Of a DNA stretch of 24,000 nt, positions 1-12,122 are shown piece by piece. Where the stretch lies: assembly GCF_000378505.1 (NCBI RefSeq), contig NZ_KB899998.1, positions 137,239-161,238 on the forward strand, written 5' to 3'. Origin of the DNA: Modicisalibacter luteus DSM 23508 (GTDB lineage: Bacteria > Pseudomonadota > Gammaproteobacteria > Pseudomonadales > Halomonadaceae). The notes below the pieces were generated by a model. That model was not told the origin of the DNA. It ran no database searches and worked only from the letters and a program-made list of their open reading frames with translations. Position 1 is the first letter of the stretch. Each line of letters starts with the position of its first letter. The position numbers and the translations under genes were made by a program.

Positions 1-1
1 C

Positions 2-928
2 GCCAAATACATGGACCAAGGCACGCTCTACGTTGCCAAATTTAATGCCGACGGTACCGGTCAGTGGTTGCCACTGACGCCGGATGCAACTACTCAGGAT
101 GGTCAGCGCCTCTCCACCGCTCTGGGTCTGGCCAGCGACGACCTGGCCGGAATCATCATCCACACCTGTGACGCCGCCGACCTGATGGGGGCTACGCCGA
201 TGGACCGCCCGGAGTGGGGCGCTGTCGATCCGGTTTCCGGTGAGGTCTACATGACGCTGACTAACAATAGCCAGCGTACCGAGGCAGGCACGGCCCCGAC
301 CTACACTAACAGCGGTAGTGATATCGATGAGCTGGGTGTAGGTTACGCCACTGCTCCGGTTAATGGCCCGAACCCGCGTCCCGACAATGAAGGCGGTCAG
401 GTCATCCGCTGGCGCGAGCCGTCGCCAGACGAGACCACCTTCGAGTGGGAAGTATTTGTCTTCGGCGCGGCGGCTACGGATTCCAACAATTTGTCTGGCT
501 TGACCGAACTCAACCAGTTCGCCAGCCCCGACGGCTTGTGGTACGACGATCGTGGTGATGGCCAGGGCATCCTGTGGATCGAAACCGATAACGGCTACGA
601 CGGGGTAGCCAACTACACTAACGACCAGCTACTGGCGGTGGTGCCGTCTTCGGTCAGCCTGGCCGAAGGCGACGCGGCGGTGATTGACGCCAGTGACCAG
701 GCGCAGCTCAAGCGTTTCGCGGTAGGCCCGAACGGCTGTGAGGTGACGGGCATCTTCGCCACGCCGGACAAGACCGCGCTGTTCATCAACATCCAGCACC
801 CGGGCAACTGGCCGGCCGATCCCAATGCGAACGTGCAGGACGCCACTACAGTAACCAGCGGCGACGTTCGCCCGCGTGCCTCCACGGTTGTGATCCAGAA
901 GGCCGACGGCGGCCAGATCGGCGTCTAA
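2..928 (+). CDS. phoX: PhoX-family alkaline phosphatase (DUF839), C-terminal part only; the 5' end lies upstream of the window
   Basis: The frame is open from base 2 to TAA at 926-928, so the ATG at 11 is internal. Blocks GTLYVAKFNADGTGQWLPL, MDRPEWGAVDP, QVIRWRE, SPDGLWYD, LWIETDN and ALFINIQHPG match my recollection of conserved PhoX/DUF839 beta-propeller segments. Confidence 0.8.
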   Translation, partial: AKYMDQGTLYVAKFNADGTGQWLPLTPDATTQDGQRLSTALGLASDDLAGIIIHTCDAADLMGATPMDRPEWGAVDPVSGEVYMTLTNNSQRTEAGTAPTYTNSGSDIDELGVGYATAPVNGPNPRPDNEGGQVIRWREPSPDETTFEWEVFVFGAAATDSNNLSGLTELNQFASPDGLWYDDRGDGQGILWIETDNGYDGVANYTNDQLLAVVPSSVSLAEGDAAVIDASDQAQLKRFAVGPNGCEVTGIFATPDKTALFINIQHPGNWPADPNANVQDATTVTSGDVRPRASTVVIQKADGGQIGV

Positions 929-935
929 GAGACAG

Positions 936-959
936 GGACGCCGACATCGGTCGGCGTCC
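936..959 (+). terminator. GC-rich hairpin 8 nt after the phoX stop (stem ggacgccgac / gtcggcgtcc, loop atcg)
   Basis: Perfect 10-bp stem read directly from the sequence. Only TT follows it, so it is weak as a stand-alone intrinsic terminator. Confidence 0.35.
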
Positions 960-977
960 TTCACGCATCACAACAAT

Positions 978-1010
978 AAGAAAACCCACGGTATTCGCCG
1001 TGGGTTTCTT
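978..1010. terminator. Bidirectional hairpin terminator between convergent phoX and ppk
   Basis: Core stem aaacccacgg (982-991) pairs with ccgtgggttt (998-1007). It is flanked by an A-run on the left and a T-rich run on the right, so either strand reads stem plus U-rich tail. It lies 16 nt beyond the ppk stop (1026). Confidence 0.6.
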
Positions 1011-1025
1011 GCTTCAGAAGGCAGC

Positions 1026-3236
1026 TCAGGACTTTGCTGCATAGGCATAGAGTAGGGTTTCCTGCGCGCTGATGGGGGCGGCCTCGCCGGATTCGTTGCG
1101 CTGGTAGCTGCCGTCTTCGCACAGAATCCAGCTCTGGCAGTTATCGACCAGGTAGGTTTCGAGATCCTTGCGCACGCGCTGGGCCAGCTTCTTGTCGAGG
1201 ATGGGGAAGCAGGTCTCGACGCGATGGAACATGTTGCGTTCCATGAAGTCGGCACTCGACGCCCAGACTTCCGGTTTGTCGCCATTGGCGAAGTAGAACA
1301 CCCGGGTATGCTCAAGAAAGCGGCCAATGATCGAGCGTACGCGTATGTTTTCGGAAATCCCGGGTACGCCGGGGCGCAGACAACACATTCCGCGAATGAT
1401 CAGATCGCATTGCACGCCAGCGCGTGAGGCGCTGTAGAGCGCGCGAATCAGCTTGGGCTCGGTCAACGAGTTGCACTTGATGATCAGGTGGGCACGCTTG
1501 CCCTTTTCGGCGAGCTTGGCCTCGCGCTGGATCATTTCGATCAGCTTGCCATGCAGGACGAACGGAGCGTGCAGCAGCGTCTGAATGTTGCGCGGCTTGC
1601 CCATCCCCGACAACTGCTGAAAGACCATATGTACGTCTTCGCACAGCGTCTCGTTGGCGGTGAGCAGGCTGTAGTCGGTGTATAGCTTGGCCGTCTTGGA
1701 GTGATAATTGCCGGTACCCAGGTGCGCGTAGTAACGCAGTTCGCCGCCTTCGCGACGCACAATGTGCATCATTTTGGCATGGGTCTTGTACGCCATCACG
1801 CCGTAGATAACGATGGCGCCGGCTTCCTGCAGGCGCGATGCCAGGGCCAGGTTGTCGGCTTCGTCAAAGCGGGCACGCAGCTCGATGACCACCGTGACTT
1901 CCTTGCCGTTGCGTGCCGCATCGACCAGCGCACCAACGATCGGTGAATCCGCGCCAGTGCGATAGAGCGTCTGCTTGATGGCCAGCACCGACGGATCGCG
2001 AGCGGCCTCGCGCATCAGATCCTCAATGGGAGTGAACGACTGGAAGGGGTGATGAAGCAGCACGTCGCCCTGGCGAATGGTGTCAAACAGGCTGCAGTCC
2101 GGCCTGAGGTTCTTTGGCAGGCCGGGGGTGAATGGGCGGTAGCGCAGGTCGGGACGATCCACGTCATCGAGCAATGCCATCAGCCGGGCCAGGTTGACCG
2201 GGCCGTGCACCCGATACAGGTCCTGCTCTTCCAGATCGAACTGCTTGAGCAGGAACGCTGCCAGGTCATCGGGGCAGTTCTCGGCGACCTCCAGTCGCAC
2301 GCCGTCGCCATAGCGCCGCGCCAGCAGTTCGCCGCGTAGCGCCGAGGCCAGGTCGGAGACCTCCTCGGGATCGACAGACAGGTCAGCATTACGGGTCAGA
2401 CGGAACTGATAGCAGCCACGCACCTGCATGCCCGGAAATACTTCCTGGGCATGGGCATGCATCATTGACGACAGGAAGATGTAGTCCGTGAAGCCCTCGC
2501 CGGCGAGTTCCGCCGGCAGGCGAATCAGGCGCGGCAATGAGCGCGGGGCGGGGAGGATCGCCAGCCCGCCCTGACGACCGAAGGCGTCGGTACCTTCTAG
2601 TTCGACAATGAAGTTTAGGCTCTTGTTAACCAGCCGCGGAAAGGGGTGTGAGGGATCGAGCCCGATGGGGCTGATCACCGGCATGATCTCATCCTCAAAG
2701 TAATCGAGAACCCAGGCGCGCTGGGCCTCCGTCCACTGGTTGCGGCGGATGAAGCGTATGCGCTGCTCCTCCAGGGCAGGAATCAGCGATTCGTTGAGGA
2801 TCCGGTACTGGCGCTCAACCTGATCATGTGCGATGCGCGAGATCCCGGCGAGCACCTGATTCGGTGTCATGCCGTCGGCACCGGTCTCCTCGCGCCCCAG
2901 CATGCGCTGGTGCTGCAGGCCGGCGACGCGAATCTCGAAGAACTCGTCGAGATTCGACGAGAAGATCAGCAGGAACATCAGCCGATTGATCAGCGGGTGC
3001 GATGTATCCAGTGCCTGTTCGAGGACGCGAATGTTGAACTGCAGGTGGGAAAGTTCGCGATTGAAATAGAGCGAAGAGTCGTTGAGGTCGGCCTCCGGCG
3101 AAGGTGTCGGTTTGGCGTGAATGCCGGTGCGGGTCCGGTTGACCCGCAACGGTGCATCGTTGACCGACTCGGTGTTGAGCGATTCCTGACCGTCTTCCTG
3201 GGTGGCCGACGGTTCCTGGGCACGCGACTCTTCCAT
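1026..3236 (-). CDS. ppk: Polyphosphate kinase 1
   Basis: 736-aa ORF with ATG at 3236 and AGGAG 9 nt upstream. From about residue 55 it aligns with the E. coli PPK N-terminus (YFNRELSHLQFNIRVLEQA, NLDEFFEIRVAG). It has the phospho-His block YKTHAKMMHIVRRE and the second HKD-like block GRFLEHTRVFYF. Confidence 0.95.
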   Translation of the reverse strand: MEESRAQEPSATQEDGQESLNTESVNDAPLRVNRTRTGIHAKPTPSPEADLNDSSLYFNRELSHLQFNIRVLEQALDTSHPLINRLMFLLIFSSNLDEFFEIRVAGLQHQRMLGREETGADGMTPNQVLAGISRIAHDQVERQYRILNESLIPALEEQRIRFIRRNQWTEAQRAWVLDYFEDEIMPVISPIGLDPSHPFPRLVNKSLNFIVELEGTDAFGRQGGLAILPAPRSLPRLIRLPAELAGEGFTDYIFLSSMMHAHAQEVFPGMQVRGCYQFRLTRNADLSVDPEEVSDLASALRGELLARRYGDGVRLEVAENCPDDLAAFLLKQFDLEEQDLYRVHGPVNLARLMALLDDVDRPDLRYRPFTPGLPKNLRPDCSLFDTIRQGDVLLHHPFQSFTPIEDLMREAARDPSVLAIKQTLYRTGADSPIVGALVDAARNGKEVTVVIELRARFDEADNLALASRLQEAGAIVIYGVMAYKTHAKMMHIVRREGGELRYYAHLGTGNYHSKTAKLYTDYSLLTANETLCEDVHMVFQQLSGMGKPRNIQTLLHAPFVLHGKLIEMIQREAKLAEKGKRAHLIIKCNSLTEPKLIRALYSASRAGVQCDLIIRGMCCLRPGVPGISENIRVRSIIGRFLEHTRVFYFANGDKPEVWASSADFMERNMFHRVETCFPILDKKLAQRVRKDLETYLVDNCQSWILCEDGSYQRNESGEAAPISAQETLLYAYAAKS

Positions 3237-3282
3237 CGCAAAGGCTCCTGTGTCGATGAGAGAGTCGGGGCCGGCTCTCCCG

Positions 3283-5192
<1,910 letters not shown>

Positions 5193-5210
5193 ATGAAGCC
5201 ATCAACGAAC

Positions 5211-5232
5211 AACCCCGCCGTTTGGCGGGGTT
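5211..5232. terminator. Hairpin terminator between convergent elbB and tatC
   Basis: Perfect 9-bp stem aaccccgcc / ggcggggtt with loop gttt. On the minus strand it is followed by gttcgttg (T-rich); the plus-strand tail is poor. Confidence 0.5.
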
Positions 5233-5238
5233 GGCGTA

Positions 5239-6033
5239 TCAATCCCGGGCTTCCTCTTCTTCTTGCTCTTTCCTGATTTGACGGCGACGTACGGCACGTC
5301 CGAACAGGATACCGACTTCGTAAAGCAGCCACATGGGAATCGCCAAGAGGCTTTGCGAGATCACGTCCGGCGGCGTCATGAGCATGCCGATGACGAAGCA
5401 GCCGAGGATCACGTAAGGGCGCTTCTTCGACAGGCTTTCGACGGTGGTCGCGCCAGTCCAGATCAAGAGGAACGTGGCGATGGGTATCTCGAAGGCGATA
5501 CCGAAGGCGAAGAACAGCTTGAGAACGAAATTGAGGTACTGGTTGATGTCGGTCATCACCGCGACGTTCTCCGGGCCGGTATGCACGAAGAAGTCGAACA
5601 GCAGCGGAAACACCACGTAATAGGCGAAGGCCGCGCCGCCATAAAACAGCGCTACGCTCGAGACCAGCAACGGTATCGCCAGTATCTTCTCGTTCTCGTA
5701 GAGGCCGGGGGCGACGAAGGACCACATCTGGTGTAGCACAAAGGGAATGGCCACGAAGACGGCCACCACCAGCGTCAACTTGAAGGGGGCCAGGAACGGC
5801 GAGGCCACCTCGGTGGCAATCATCTGCGAGCCTTCGGGTAGCAGCGCCATCAAGGGGTCGGCAACGAAGGCATAGATATCGTTCGAGAACGCGTAAAGGG
5901 CCAGAAAGATGAGCACGACGGCGATCACGGCCCGCATCAGGCGCGAGCGCAACTCGATGAGATGCTCGATCAGCGGAGCCTGGGCGTGTTCGGTTTCCGG
6001 CTTCTTGTCACGCGGGGAGGGAGCTGCACTCAT
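5239..6033 (-). CDS. tatC: Sec-independent (twin-arginine) translocase subunit TatC
   Basis: 264 aa with the HLIELRSRL N-terminal signature and six hydrophobic segments. The start ATG overlaps the tatB stop as ATGA (6030-6033). Confidence 0.95.
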   Translation of the reverse strand: MSAAPSPRDKKPETEHAQAPLIEHLIELRSRLMRAVIAVVLIFLALYAFSNDIYAFVADPLMALLPEGSQMIATEVASPFLAPFKLTLVVAVFVAIPFVLHQMWSFVAPGLYENEKILAIPLLVSSVALFYGGAAFAYYVVFPLLFDFFVHTGPENVAVMTDINQYLNFVLKLFFAFGIAFEIPIATFLLIWTGATTVESLSKKRPYVILGCFVIGMLMTPPDVISQSLLAIPMWLLYEVGILFGRAVRRRQIRKEQEEEEARD

Positions 6034-6482
6034 CGTGACTGGGAGTCCTTGTCATCGGAGGCCGTGGAAGACGTCGGTGTCGTGGACGGTGCGACCGGCT
6101 CATGCTCGGCCGGCACGGCATGGGGAACGCCGCTGCCAGCCTCGCTCTGGCGTGGAAGCGATTCGTCACCACTGGCCTCGGTACCATCAGGAGAGGTCTC
6201 GGACTGGGTCTTTTTCGCAGGCGAGTCGGCGTAGCTTTCGACTTCCTGACGTGCCCGGTCGAGACTCGCGTTAAGCTTCTTCTCCTGCTCGCTGAGCTTC
6301 TGACGAAGGTCCTCGGCTTCCAGTTGCGCATTGATTTCACGTTGCATGTTGGCCACGGTGCGCTTGGTCTTGCCGATCCACAAGCCCACGGTGCGAGCGG
6401 CCTTGGGTAGCCGCTCGGGACCGAGCACCAGCAGGCCCACTACGCCGATGATCAACAGTTCGAGAAAGCCGATATCGAACAT
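6030..6482 (-). CDS. tatB: Twin-arginine translocase subunit TatB
   Basis: MFDIGFLELLIIGVVGLLVLGPERLPKAAR is the canonical TatB N-terminus. It is followed by an amphipathic helix and an acidic/Ser-Thr-rich tail. Confidence 0.93.
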   Translation of the reverse strand: MFDIGFLELLIIGVVGLLVLGPERLPKAARTVGLWIGKTKRTVANMQREINAQLEAEDLRQKLSEQEKKLNASLDRARQEVESYADSPAKKTQSETSPDGTEASGDESLPRQSEAGSGVPHAVPAEHEPVAPSTTPTSSTASDDKDSQSR

Positions 6483-6488
6483 GGCGGG

Positions 6489-6749
6489 TTATTTCCGCTC
6501 TTCCTTGTCTTCGACACGCTGCTCGGGCTTGACGTCGTATGTCTCGCCCTTGTCGTCATGCTGGACCTGGCGATGGGTGGTGTCGTCATCCTTGCCCTTG
6601 TCGATGTCGTCATCGTTCATGGCTTTCTTGAAGCCCTTGACCGCACCGCCCAGGTCGCCGCCCACGTTGCGCAGTTTCTTGGTGCCGAAGATCAGGATGA
6701 TGATGCCGAGCACGATCAGCAACTGCCAGATACTGATACCACCTAACAT
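6489..6749 (-). CDS. tatA: Twin-arginine translocase subunit TatA
   Basis: ATG at 6749 ([30 protein letters not shown]) is preceded by GGGAGAA. The track ORF start at 6779 adds 10 non-conserved residues. Confidence 0.9.
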   Translation of the reverse strand: MLGGISIWQLLIVLGIIILIFGTKKLRNVGGDLGGAVKGFKKAMNDDDIDKGKDDDTTHRQVQHDDKGETYDVKPEQRVEDKEERK

Positions 6750-6779
6750 ATGTCGTTCTCCCGTCGGGCCGGAACCCAA

Positions 6780-7118
6780 TTATTTCGTTGTGCGGGCGGC
6801 CTTCTCGTCCAGCCCGGATATACCGAAACGGCGTGCCAGCTCATCGAGCACCTCTTGCGAGTCGATGCCCAGATGCGACAGCATCACCAGACTATGAAAC
6901 CACAGGTCAGCGGTTTCGGCGACCACTGCCTGACGTTCGCGCTCAACGCCATTTTCGGCGTCCTTGGCGGCAAGGATGGTCTCGGTCGCTTCCTCGCCCA
7001 CCTTTTCCAGAATCTTATTGAGCCCCTTGTGATGCAGCGAGGCGACATAAGACGATTCCGGGTCGGCATGGCGGCGCTGGTCCAGCACCTCGGCGAGCTG
7101 GTGAAGAATATCGCTCAT
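6780..7118 (-). CDS. hisE: Phosphoribosyl-ATP pyrophosphohydrolase (monofunctional HisE)
   Basis: [56 protein letters not shown] is the MazG-like HisE fold. The ATG at 7118 fits homologue length. No HisI cyclohydrolase domain is fused or adjacent. Confidence 0.88.
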   Translation of the reverse strand: MSDILHQLAEVLDQRRHADPESSYVASLHHKGLNKILEKVGEEATETILAAKDAENGVERERQAVVAETADLWFHSLVMLSHLGIDSQEVLDELARRFGISGLDEKAARTTK

Positions 7119-7178
7119 CGATGACAATCCTAAGTCAGTGTAGAAGAAAGCAAAGCACTTCAATACCTTAGTTTTGGC

Positions 7179-8801
7179 CTATCGCCAGGCGAGCAGAACC
7201 ACGCCCACAATCGCGGCGGCCAGTACCGGCCACGGCTGATTCATGGCCCATGCGGACAGTGGCTGCCAAGCCAGCGCCAGGGCAAGGATCAGCAGACCGA
7301 GGCGCAAGCGGCGACCGCTGCGTCCCGCCCTGGCCAACTGCTGGTCGAGGCGGGTCAGTGCCTCGGCCTGTTGACGCCGCTGGCGCAGGTCGTTGTCCGC
7401 CCGTGACAGGGCCTGGTGCGCCAGCATTGGCAACTCGGGAATCTGCTGGCTGAGCTCGGGCGCCTGTTTCTGCAGCGAGGCCCAGAATCCACGTGGCCCG
7501 GCGCGATCCTTCATCCAGCGCTCGAGGTAGGGGCGGGCAGTGGTCCACAGGTCCAGGTCGGGGTAGAGCTGACGGCCCAGGCCCTCGATGTTGAGCAAGG
7601 TCTTCTGCAGCAGGACGAGCTGAGGCTGGACCTCCATGTTGAATCGGCGCGCCGTCTGGAACAGGCCCAGCAGTACCTGGCCAAAGGAAATCTCCTTGAG
7701 CGGCCGTTCAAGGATCGGTTCGCACACGGCGCGGATCGCTGCGGCGAATTCGTTGGCCCGGGTGCCTTCGCCGACCCAGCCCGATTCGATATGCAGCACG
7801 GCGACTTCGTAATAGTCCTGGTGGAAGAAAGCGAGCAGATTGCGGGCCAGGTAGTCCTGATCCTCGCGGGTCAGGCTGCCTACAATCCCGCAGTCGATAG
7901 CAATGTACTGCGGATCCTCAGGATCCTCGCGGGACACGAAGATATTGCCCGGGTGCATGTCGGCATGGAAAAAATTGTCGCGGAATACCTGGGTGAAGAA
8001 AATCTCAACGCCACGCTCGGCCAGCTTGCGCAGGTCGGTGCCCTGAGCCGCGAGCTGTTCCATGTCGGCGACAGGAATGCCGTGGATGCGCTCCTGCACC
8101 ATGACTCGTTGACGAGTCAACGGCCAGTGGATGGCGGGCACGTAGAGCAGCGGTGAATACTTGAAGTTGCGCTTGAGCTGCGAAGTATTGGCAGCTTCCT
8201 TGCGCAGGTCCAACTCGTCGAACAGAGTGGCCTCGTAATCCTCCACCACTTCGACCGGGCGCAGGCGGCGTGCTTCAGGAACGCGCTTGAGCAGGCGAGC
8301 GAAGGCGTACATCAGGCCGATGTCCTGGCGCATGACATACTCGATGCGAGGGCGAATTACCTTGACCACCACGTCCTCGCCAGTGTGCAGACGTGCTGCA
8401 TGCACCTGGGCGATGGAAGCCGAGGCCATCGGCACCGTGTCGAATGCGGCGAAACATTCATCAATGGTGCGTTCGAGCTCTTCTTCGATCAGGGCACGTG
8501 CCTGTTCGCCGGGAAACGGCGGTACCTGATCCTGAAGACGCTTGAGCTCGTCGGCGATATCGGGTGGCAGCAGGTCTCGGCGTGTCGATAGCATCTGGCC
8601 GAACTTGATGAATACCGGCCCCAGCGACTCCAAGGCCAGGCGCAGACGTCGCCCACGTGAATGACCACGGGTCGGAAACAGCCGCAATGGCGATAGCCGA
8701 AATGCCAGGCGCAGCAGCGGCGGCAGCCGCTCCAACGGAATCAGGGTGTCCAGGCGATAGAGGGTCACTACCCAGAAGATGCGCAGTAGACGCAGGCTCA
8801 C
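7179..8801 (-). CDS. ubiB: Ubiquinone biosynthesis regulatory protein kinase UbiB (ABC1/ADCK family)
   Basis: The track ORF runs to 9056. However, GTG at 8801 ([18 protein letters not shown]..) aligns with the E. coli UbiB N-terminus, has AGGAGG 7 nt upstream and overlaps the ubiJ stop as GTGA. It has [35 protein letters not shown] and two C-terminal hydrophobic helices. Confidence 0.92.
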   Translation of the reverse strand: MSLRLLRIFWVVTLYRLDTLIPLERLPPLLRLAFRLSPLRLFPTRGHSRGRRLRLALESLGPVFIKFGQMLSTRRDLLPPDIADELKRLQDQVPPFPGEQARALIEEELERTIDECFAAFDTVPMASASIAQVHAARLHTGEDVVVKVIRPRIEYVMRQDIGLMYAFARLLKRVPEARRLRPVEVVEDYEATLFDELDLRKEAANTSQLKRNFKYSPLLYVPAIHWPLTRQRVMVQERIHGIPVADMEQLAAQGTDLRKLAERGVEIFFTQVFRDNFFHADMHPGNIFVSREDPEDPQYIAIDCGIVGSLTREDQDYLARNLLAFFHQDYYEVAVLHIESGWVGEGTRANEFAAAIRAVCEPILERPLKEISFGQVLLGLFQTARRFNMEVQPQLVLLQKTLLNIEGLGRQLYPDLDLWTTARPYLERWMKDRAGPRGFWASLQKQAPELSQQIPELPMLAHQALSRADNDLRQRRQQAEALTRLDQQLARAGRSGRRLRLGLLILALALAWQPLSAWAMNQPWPVLAAAIVGVVLLAWR

Positions 8802-9442
8802 TCGCTGGCCTCCTGATGGTTGGCGAGCTTGCGCTGCAAGCGGGCCAGGCGTGCTTCGAGCCGGTCGGTGGCGACCTCGAGCTCGGTCAAGTGGTCGCGC
8901 AGTGTTTCGCGCTGGGCGTGGCCGGGCAGCAAGCGAGCCTCTTCGAAGATGTACTCGGTGAGATCGGCACGCAGTTCGCGCTGACTGCGCATCCCGAAAC
9001 GGGCGAAGCAGCGCAGGCCCTCGGCCAGGCTGTTTGCGGGCAGGTCGCCAAACCATTCGGCCAGTGCGCCTTCCCAGTCGAGATCGAGATCCATGAGCAG
9101 GGCCCGGGCATCCTCGAGCAGATGCGTCTGGCCGCGGATGGACAGACGGCCGTTAAACATCAAGCGCTCTAGCGGTTCACCGGCCAACAGGTTACCCAGT
9201 GCCTCGCTGTCTACCTCGACGATGGCGTTGGCATCGCCCTCCTCGGCATGAGGATGGCGCATCAGGCTCAGGCCATGGTCGTGAAAGGCCACCAACAGGT
9301 CCATGCGAGGCTGCTCCAAACGCAGCAGCAGCCGCTTGCCAGCTAGCCGGCGCAGGCGGGTGGGCGCGGCCGGGTCGCGGGAGAGCATGGCGTTGAGGCA
9401 TTTTTCGGCACAGGCCAACAGCAGTGTCGGGGTCAACGACAT
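8798..9442 (-). CDS. ubiJ: Ubiquinone biosynthesis accessory factor UbiJ (SCP2 domain)
   Basis: 214 aa located between ubiE and ubiB as in E. coli and Pseudomonas. It has an SCP2-like N-terminal half and a coiled-coil C-terminus, with GAGGA 5 nt before the ATG. Confidence 0.8.
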   Translation of the reverse strand: MSLTPTLLLACAEKCLNAMLSRDPAAPTRLRRLAGKRLLLRLEQPRMDLLVAFHDHGLSLMRHPHAEEGDANAIVEVDSEALGNLLAGEPLERLMFNGRLSIRGQTHLLEDARALLMDLDLDWEGALAEWFGDLPANSLAEGLRCFARFGMRSQRELRADLTEYIFEEARLLPGHAQRETLRDHLTELEVATDRLEARLARLQRKLANHQEASE

Positions 9443-9449
9443 GAAATCC

Positions 9450-10196
9450 TCACAGCTTGATGCCGCGATGCAGGGCGACGATGCCCCCCGTCAGGTTGGT
9501 ATACTCCACCCGCTCCAACCCGGCATTTTCCATCATTGCCTTGAGCGTTTCCTGGTCGGGATGCATGCGGATCGATTCGGCCAGGTAACGGTAGCTGTCA
9601 GCGTCGTTGGCGACCAGTTGGCCCATGCGCGGCAGTACGTTAAAGGAGTAGTTGTCGTAGACCTTTGATAGTACCGGGTTGTCCGGCTTGGAAAACTCCA
9701 GCACCAGCAGACGGCCGCCGGGCTTGAGCACGCGTGCCATCGAGGCCAGGGCGGCGTCCTTGTCGGTGACGTTACGCAGGCCGAAGGCAATGGTGATGCA
9801 ATCGAAGGTATTGTCGGGGAAGGGTAGGCGCTCGGCGTTGGCCTGAACGTACTCGACATTGCCGCCTACGCCGTTGTCGAGCAACTTGTCGCGACCTACC
9901 TGAAGCATCGACTGGTTGATATCGGCCAACACCACGCGACCGGTGGGGCCGACCAGACGCGAGAACTTGAGAGTCAGGTCGCCGGTGCCACCGGCGATAT
10001 CGAGCACGCTGTGGCCGCGGCGAACGCCGGCGCGCTCCAGTGTGAGGCGTTTCCAGAGGCGATGAATGCCCAGCGACATCAGGTCGTTCATGATGTCGTA
10101 GCGAGCCGCCACCGAATGAAAGACATCAGCCACTCTGGCAGCCTTCTCTTCGACCGGTACCTCTTGATAGCCGAAGTGAGTCGTACGCTTTTCCAT
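9450..10196 (-). CDS. ubiE: Demethylmenaquinone/ubiquinone C-methyltransferase UbiE
   Basis: The ATG at 10196 ([45 protein letters not shown]) matches the E. coli UbiE N-terminus. SAM motif [10 protein letters not shown] is present. The longer track ORF (to 10250) would run through the terminator at 10229-10265. Confidence 0.93.
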   Translation of the reverse strand: MEKRTTHFGYQEVPVEEKAARVADVFHSVAARYDIMNDLMSLGIHRLWKRLTLERAGVRRGHSVLDIAGGTGDLTLKFSRLVGPTGRVVLADINQSMLQVGRDKLLDNGVGGNVEYVQANAERLPFPDNTFDCITIAFGLRNVTDKDAALASMARVLKPGGRLLVLEFSKPDNPVLSKVYDNYSFNVLPRMGQLVANDADSYRYLAESIRMHPDQETLKAMMENAGLERVEYTNLTGGIVALHRGIKL

Positions 10197-10228
10197 GTTG
10201 GTCGTCGATCCTTGTCGGGCCCGGGCGG

Positions 10229-10265
10229 AATAAAAAGAACTGGGCGACATTGTAGCGTCGCCCAG
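10229..10265 (-). terminator. Rho-independent terminator after the DUF971 gene, upstream of ubiE
   Basis: Perfect 9-bp stem ctgggcgac / gtcgcccag (10240-10248 / 10257-10265). On the minus strand it is followed by TTCTTTTTATT. Confidence 0.7.
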
Positions 10266-10318
10266 TAGCGTTTGTCTTTTTCGTCGCCGGTTGGTCAGCG
10301 GTTTTGCCGCACTGGGTT

Positions 10319-10702
10319 CTAAACCTGTTTAACGGGAATGCCCAATGGCTCCCGGGACGCACCGGCCTTTTCCAGGCGGCGCAGGTACTGCTCCCAGTAG
10401 GCATCGTGGTGTGTCGCCAGGTCGTATAGATACTCCCAGCTGTATAGCCCCGTGTCGTGACCGTCATCGAAATGCAGCTTGAGCGCGTAGCGTCCGGTCT
10501 GGGTAATGTTCTGCAGGCCAACGTATTTCATGCCGATCTGCAGCACTTCGGTATCCGGCCCATGGCCGCGCACCTCGGCCGAAGGTGAATAGACTCGCAG
10601 GTACTCGGCGCTCAACCGGTAGCTCTCGCCGTTGGCATAGCCCAGCTCGAGCTCGCGGGCCTGCTTGTGATAGTGCACGCGGGTAGGAATAGGGGCGCTC
10701 AT
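10319..10702 (-). CDS. DUF971 family protein (gamma-butyrobetaine hydroxylase-like N-terminal domain)
   Basis: 127 aa with ATG at 10702 and CAGGAGA upstream. The pattern L.L.Y..G....L.AEYLRV.SPSAEV.GH and [16 protein letters not shown] is what I recall for DUF971 proteins, which are commonly found next to hslVU and ubiE. Confidence 0.7.
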   Translation of the reverse strand: MSAPIPTRVHYHKQARELELGYANGESYRLSAEYLRVYSPSAEVRGHGPDTEVLQIGMKYVGLQNITQTGRYALKLHFDDGHDTGLYSWEYLYDLATHHDAYWEQYLRRLEKAGASREPLGIPVKQV

Positions 10703-10776
10703 GACTGTCTCCTGGCTGCGAGCATGGAACGACGCGCTCGGGCGGGCGGTGCGGCCCGACGCGCGTCGCGCATGGC

Positions 10777-12105
10777 TTAAAGGATATACCGTGACAGGTC
10801 TTCGTCCATCGCCAGCTCGCCGAGCTGGGAGTTGACGTAGTCGGCATCGATGACCAGCGGGCCCTGCATGTCGCCCCCCTGGAACGAGGCTTCTTCGAGC
10901 AAACGCTCCATCACCGTGTGCAGACGGCGGGCGCCGATGTTTTCAGTCCCTTCGTTGACCTGCCAGGCGATCTCGGCGATGCGCGCGATGCCATCATCGG
11001 TGAACTCAATCTCCAGACCCTCGGTGGCCATTAGCGCCTGGTACTGCTTGGTCAACGCGGCGGAAGGCTCGGTAAGGATGCGCTTGAAGTCATCCGGCGA
11101 CAGCGCCTCGAGTTCGACACGGATCGGCAGGCGACCCTGCAACTCGGGGATCAGGTCGGACGGCTTGGAGAGGTGGAACGCGCCGGAGGCGATGAACAGG
11201 ATATGGTCGGTCTTGATCATGCCGTGCTTGGTCGAGACGGTCGATCCCTCGATCAGCGGCAGCAGGTCGCGTTGCACGCCCTCGCGGGAGACATCGGTAC
11301 CACTGGTCTCGCCGCGCTTGGCGACCTTGTCGATCTCGTCGAGGAAGACGATGCCGTTCTGTTCCACGGCCTCGACGGCACGACGCTTGATCTCCTCGTC
11401 GTTGACCAGCTTGGCGGCTTCCTCGTCACGCAGCAACTGCCAGGCGTCCTTGACCTTGACCCGCTTGGTCTCGGTCTTCTGCTTGCCCATGTTGGAGAAC
11501 AGGCTCTGCAACTGGCTGGTCATCTCCTCCATGCCCGGCGGAGTCATGATGTCGATGCCGGCAGATTGCGGCGTGATCTCGATATCGATCTCCTTGTCGT
11601 CGAGCTGTCCCTCGCGCAGTTTCTTGCGGAACATCTGACGGGTGGAGGAATCGTCACGGGCGCTGTCGTACTCGCTGCCACGCGGCCGGGGCAGCAGGGC
11701 ATCCAGGATGCGATCCTCTGCGGCATCCTCGGCGCGGTTGCCCACTTCTTCCTTGGCCTGCTCGCGAACCATCTTGATCGCCATCTCGACCAGGTCGCGG
11801 ATGATCGATTCGACATCGCGGCCAACATAGCCGACTTCGGTGAACTTGGTCGCTTCGATCTTGATGAACGGCGCGCGGGCCAGCTTGGCCAGACGGCGGG
11901 CGATTTCGGTCTTGCCCACCCCGGTGGGGCCAATCATCAGGATGTTCTTGGGGGTGACTTCCTGGCGCAGCGTCTCATCGAGCTGCATGCGACGCCAGCG
12001 ATTGCGCAGGGCAATGGACACAGCGCGCTTGGCATCGTGCTGGCCGATGATGTACTGGTCCAGCGCATGGACGATTTCACGAGGCGTCATCTGGGATTGG
12101 GACAT
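10777..12105 (-). CDS. hslU: ATP-dependent protease ATPase subunit HslU
   Basis: [42 protein letters not shown] aligns with the E. coli HslU N-terminus. Walker [16 protein letters not shown] is present. An alternative start is the GTG at 12126, which overlaps the hslV stop as GTGA and adds 7 residues. I cannot decide between the two starts from sequence alone. Confidence 0.93.
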   Translation of the reverse strand: MSQSQMTPREIVHALDQYIIGQHDAKRAVSIALRNRWRRMQLDETLRQEVTPKNILMIGPTGVGKTEIARRLAKLARAPFIKIEATKFTEVGYVGRDVESIIRDLVEMAIKMVREQAKEEVGNRAEDAAEDRILDALLPRPRGSEYDSARDDSSTRQMFRKKLREGQLDDKEIDIEITPQSAGIDIMTPPGMEEMTSQLQSLFSNMGKQKTETKRVKVKDAWQLLRDEEAAKLVNDEEIKRRAVEAVEQNGIVFLDEIDKVAKRGETSGTDVSREGVQRDLLPLIEGSTVSTKHGMIKTDHILFIASGAFHLSKPSDLIPELQGRLPIRVELEALSPDDFKRILTEPSAALTKQYQALMATEGLEIEFTDDGIARIAEIAWQVNEGTENIGARRLHTVMERLLEEASFQGGDMQGPLVIDADYVNSQLGELAMDEDLSRYIL

Positions 12106-12122
12106 GGCTCCGGACTCTTTGC

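Noticed and set aside
3260-3279. 8-bp hairpin (gagagtcg/cggctctc, one G:U pair) in the 46-nt hemB-ppk spacer.
   Set aside because: No T/U run follows on the minus strand, and the ppk SD lies immediately after it. This is insufficient to call a terminator. It may merely be an mRNA stability element.
10730-10768. GC-rich palindromes between hslU and the DUF971 gene: cgacgcgc at 10730-10737 and the 12-nt self-complementary cgacgcgcgtcg at 10757-10768.
   Set aside because: No U-tract is present on the transcribed (minus) strand, and a good SD-ATG for the next gene follows. It is most likely incidental GC-rich self-complementarity, or at most a weak attenuator.
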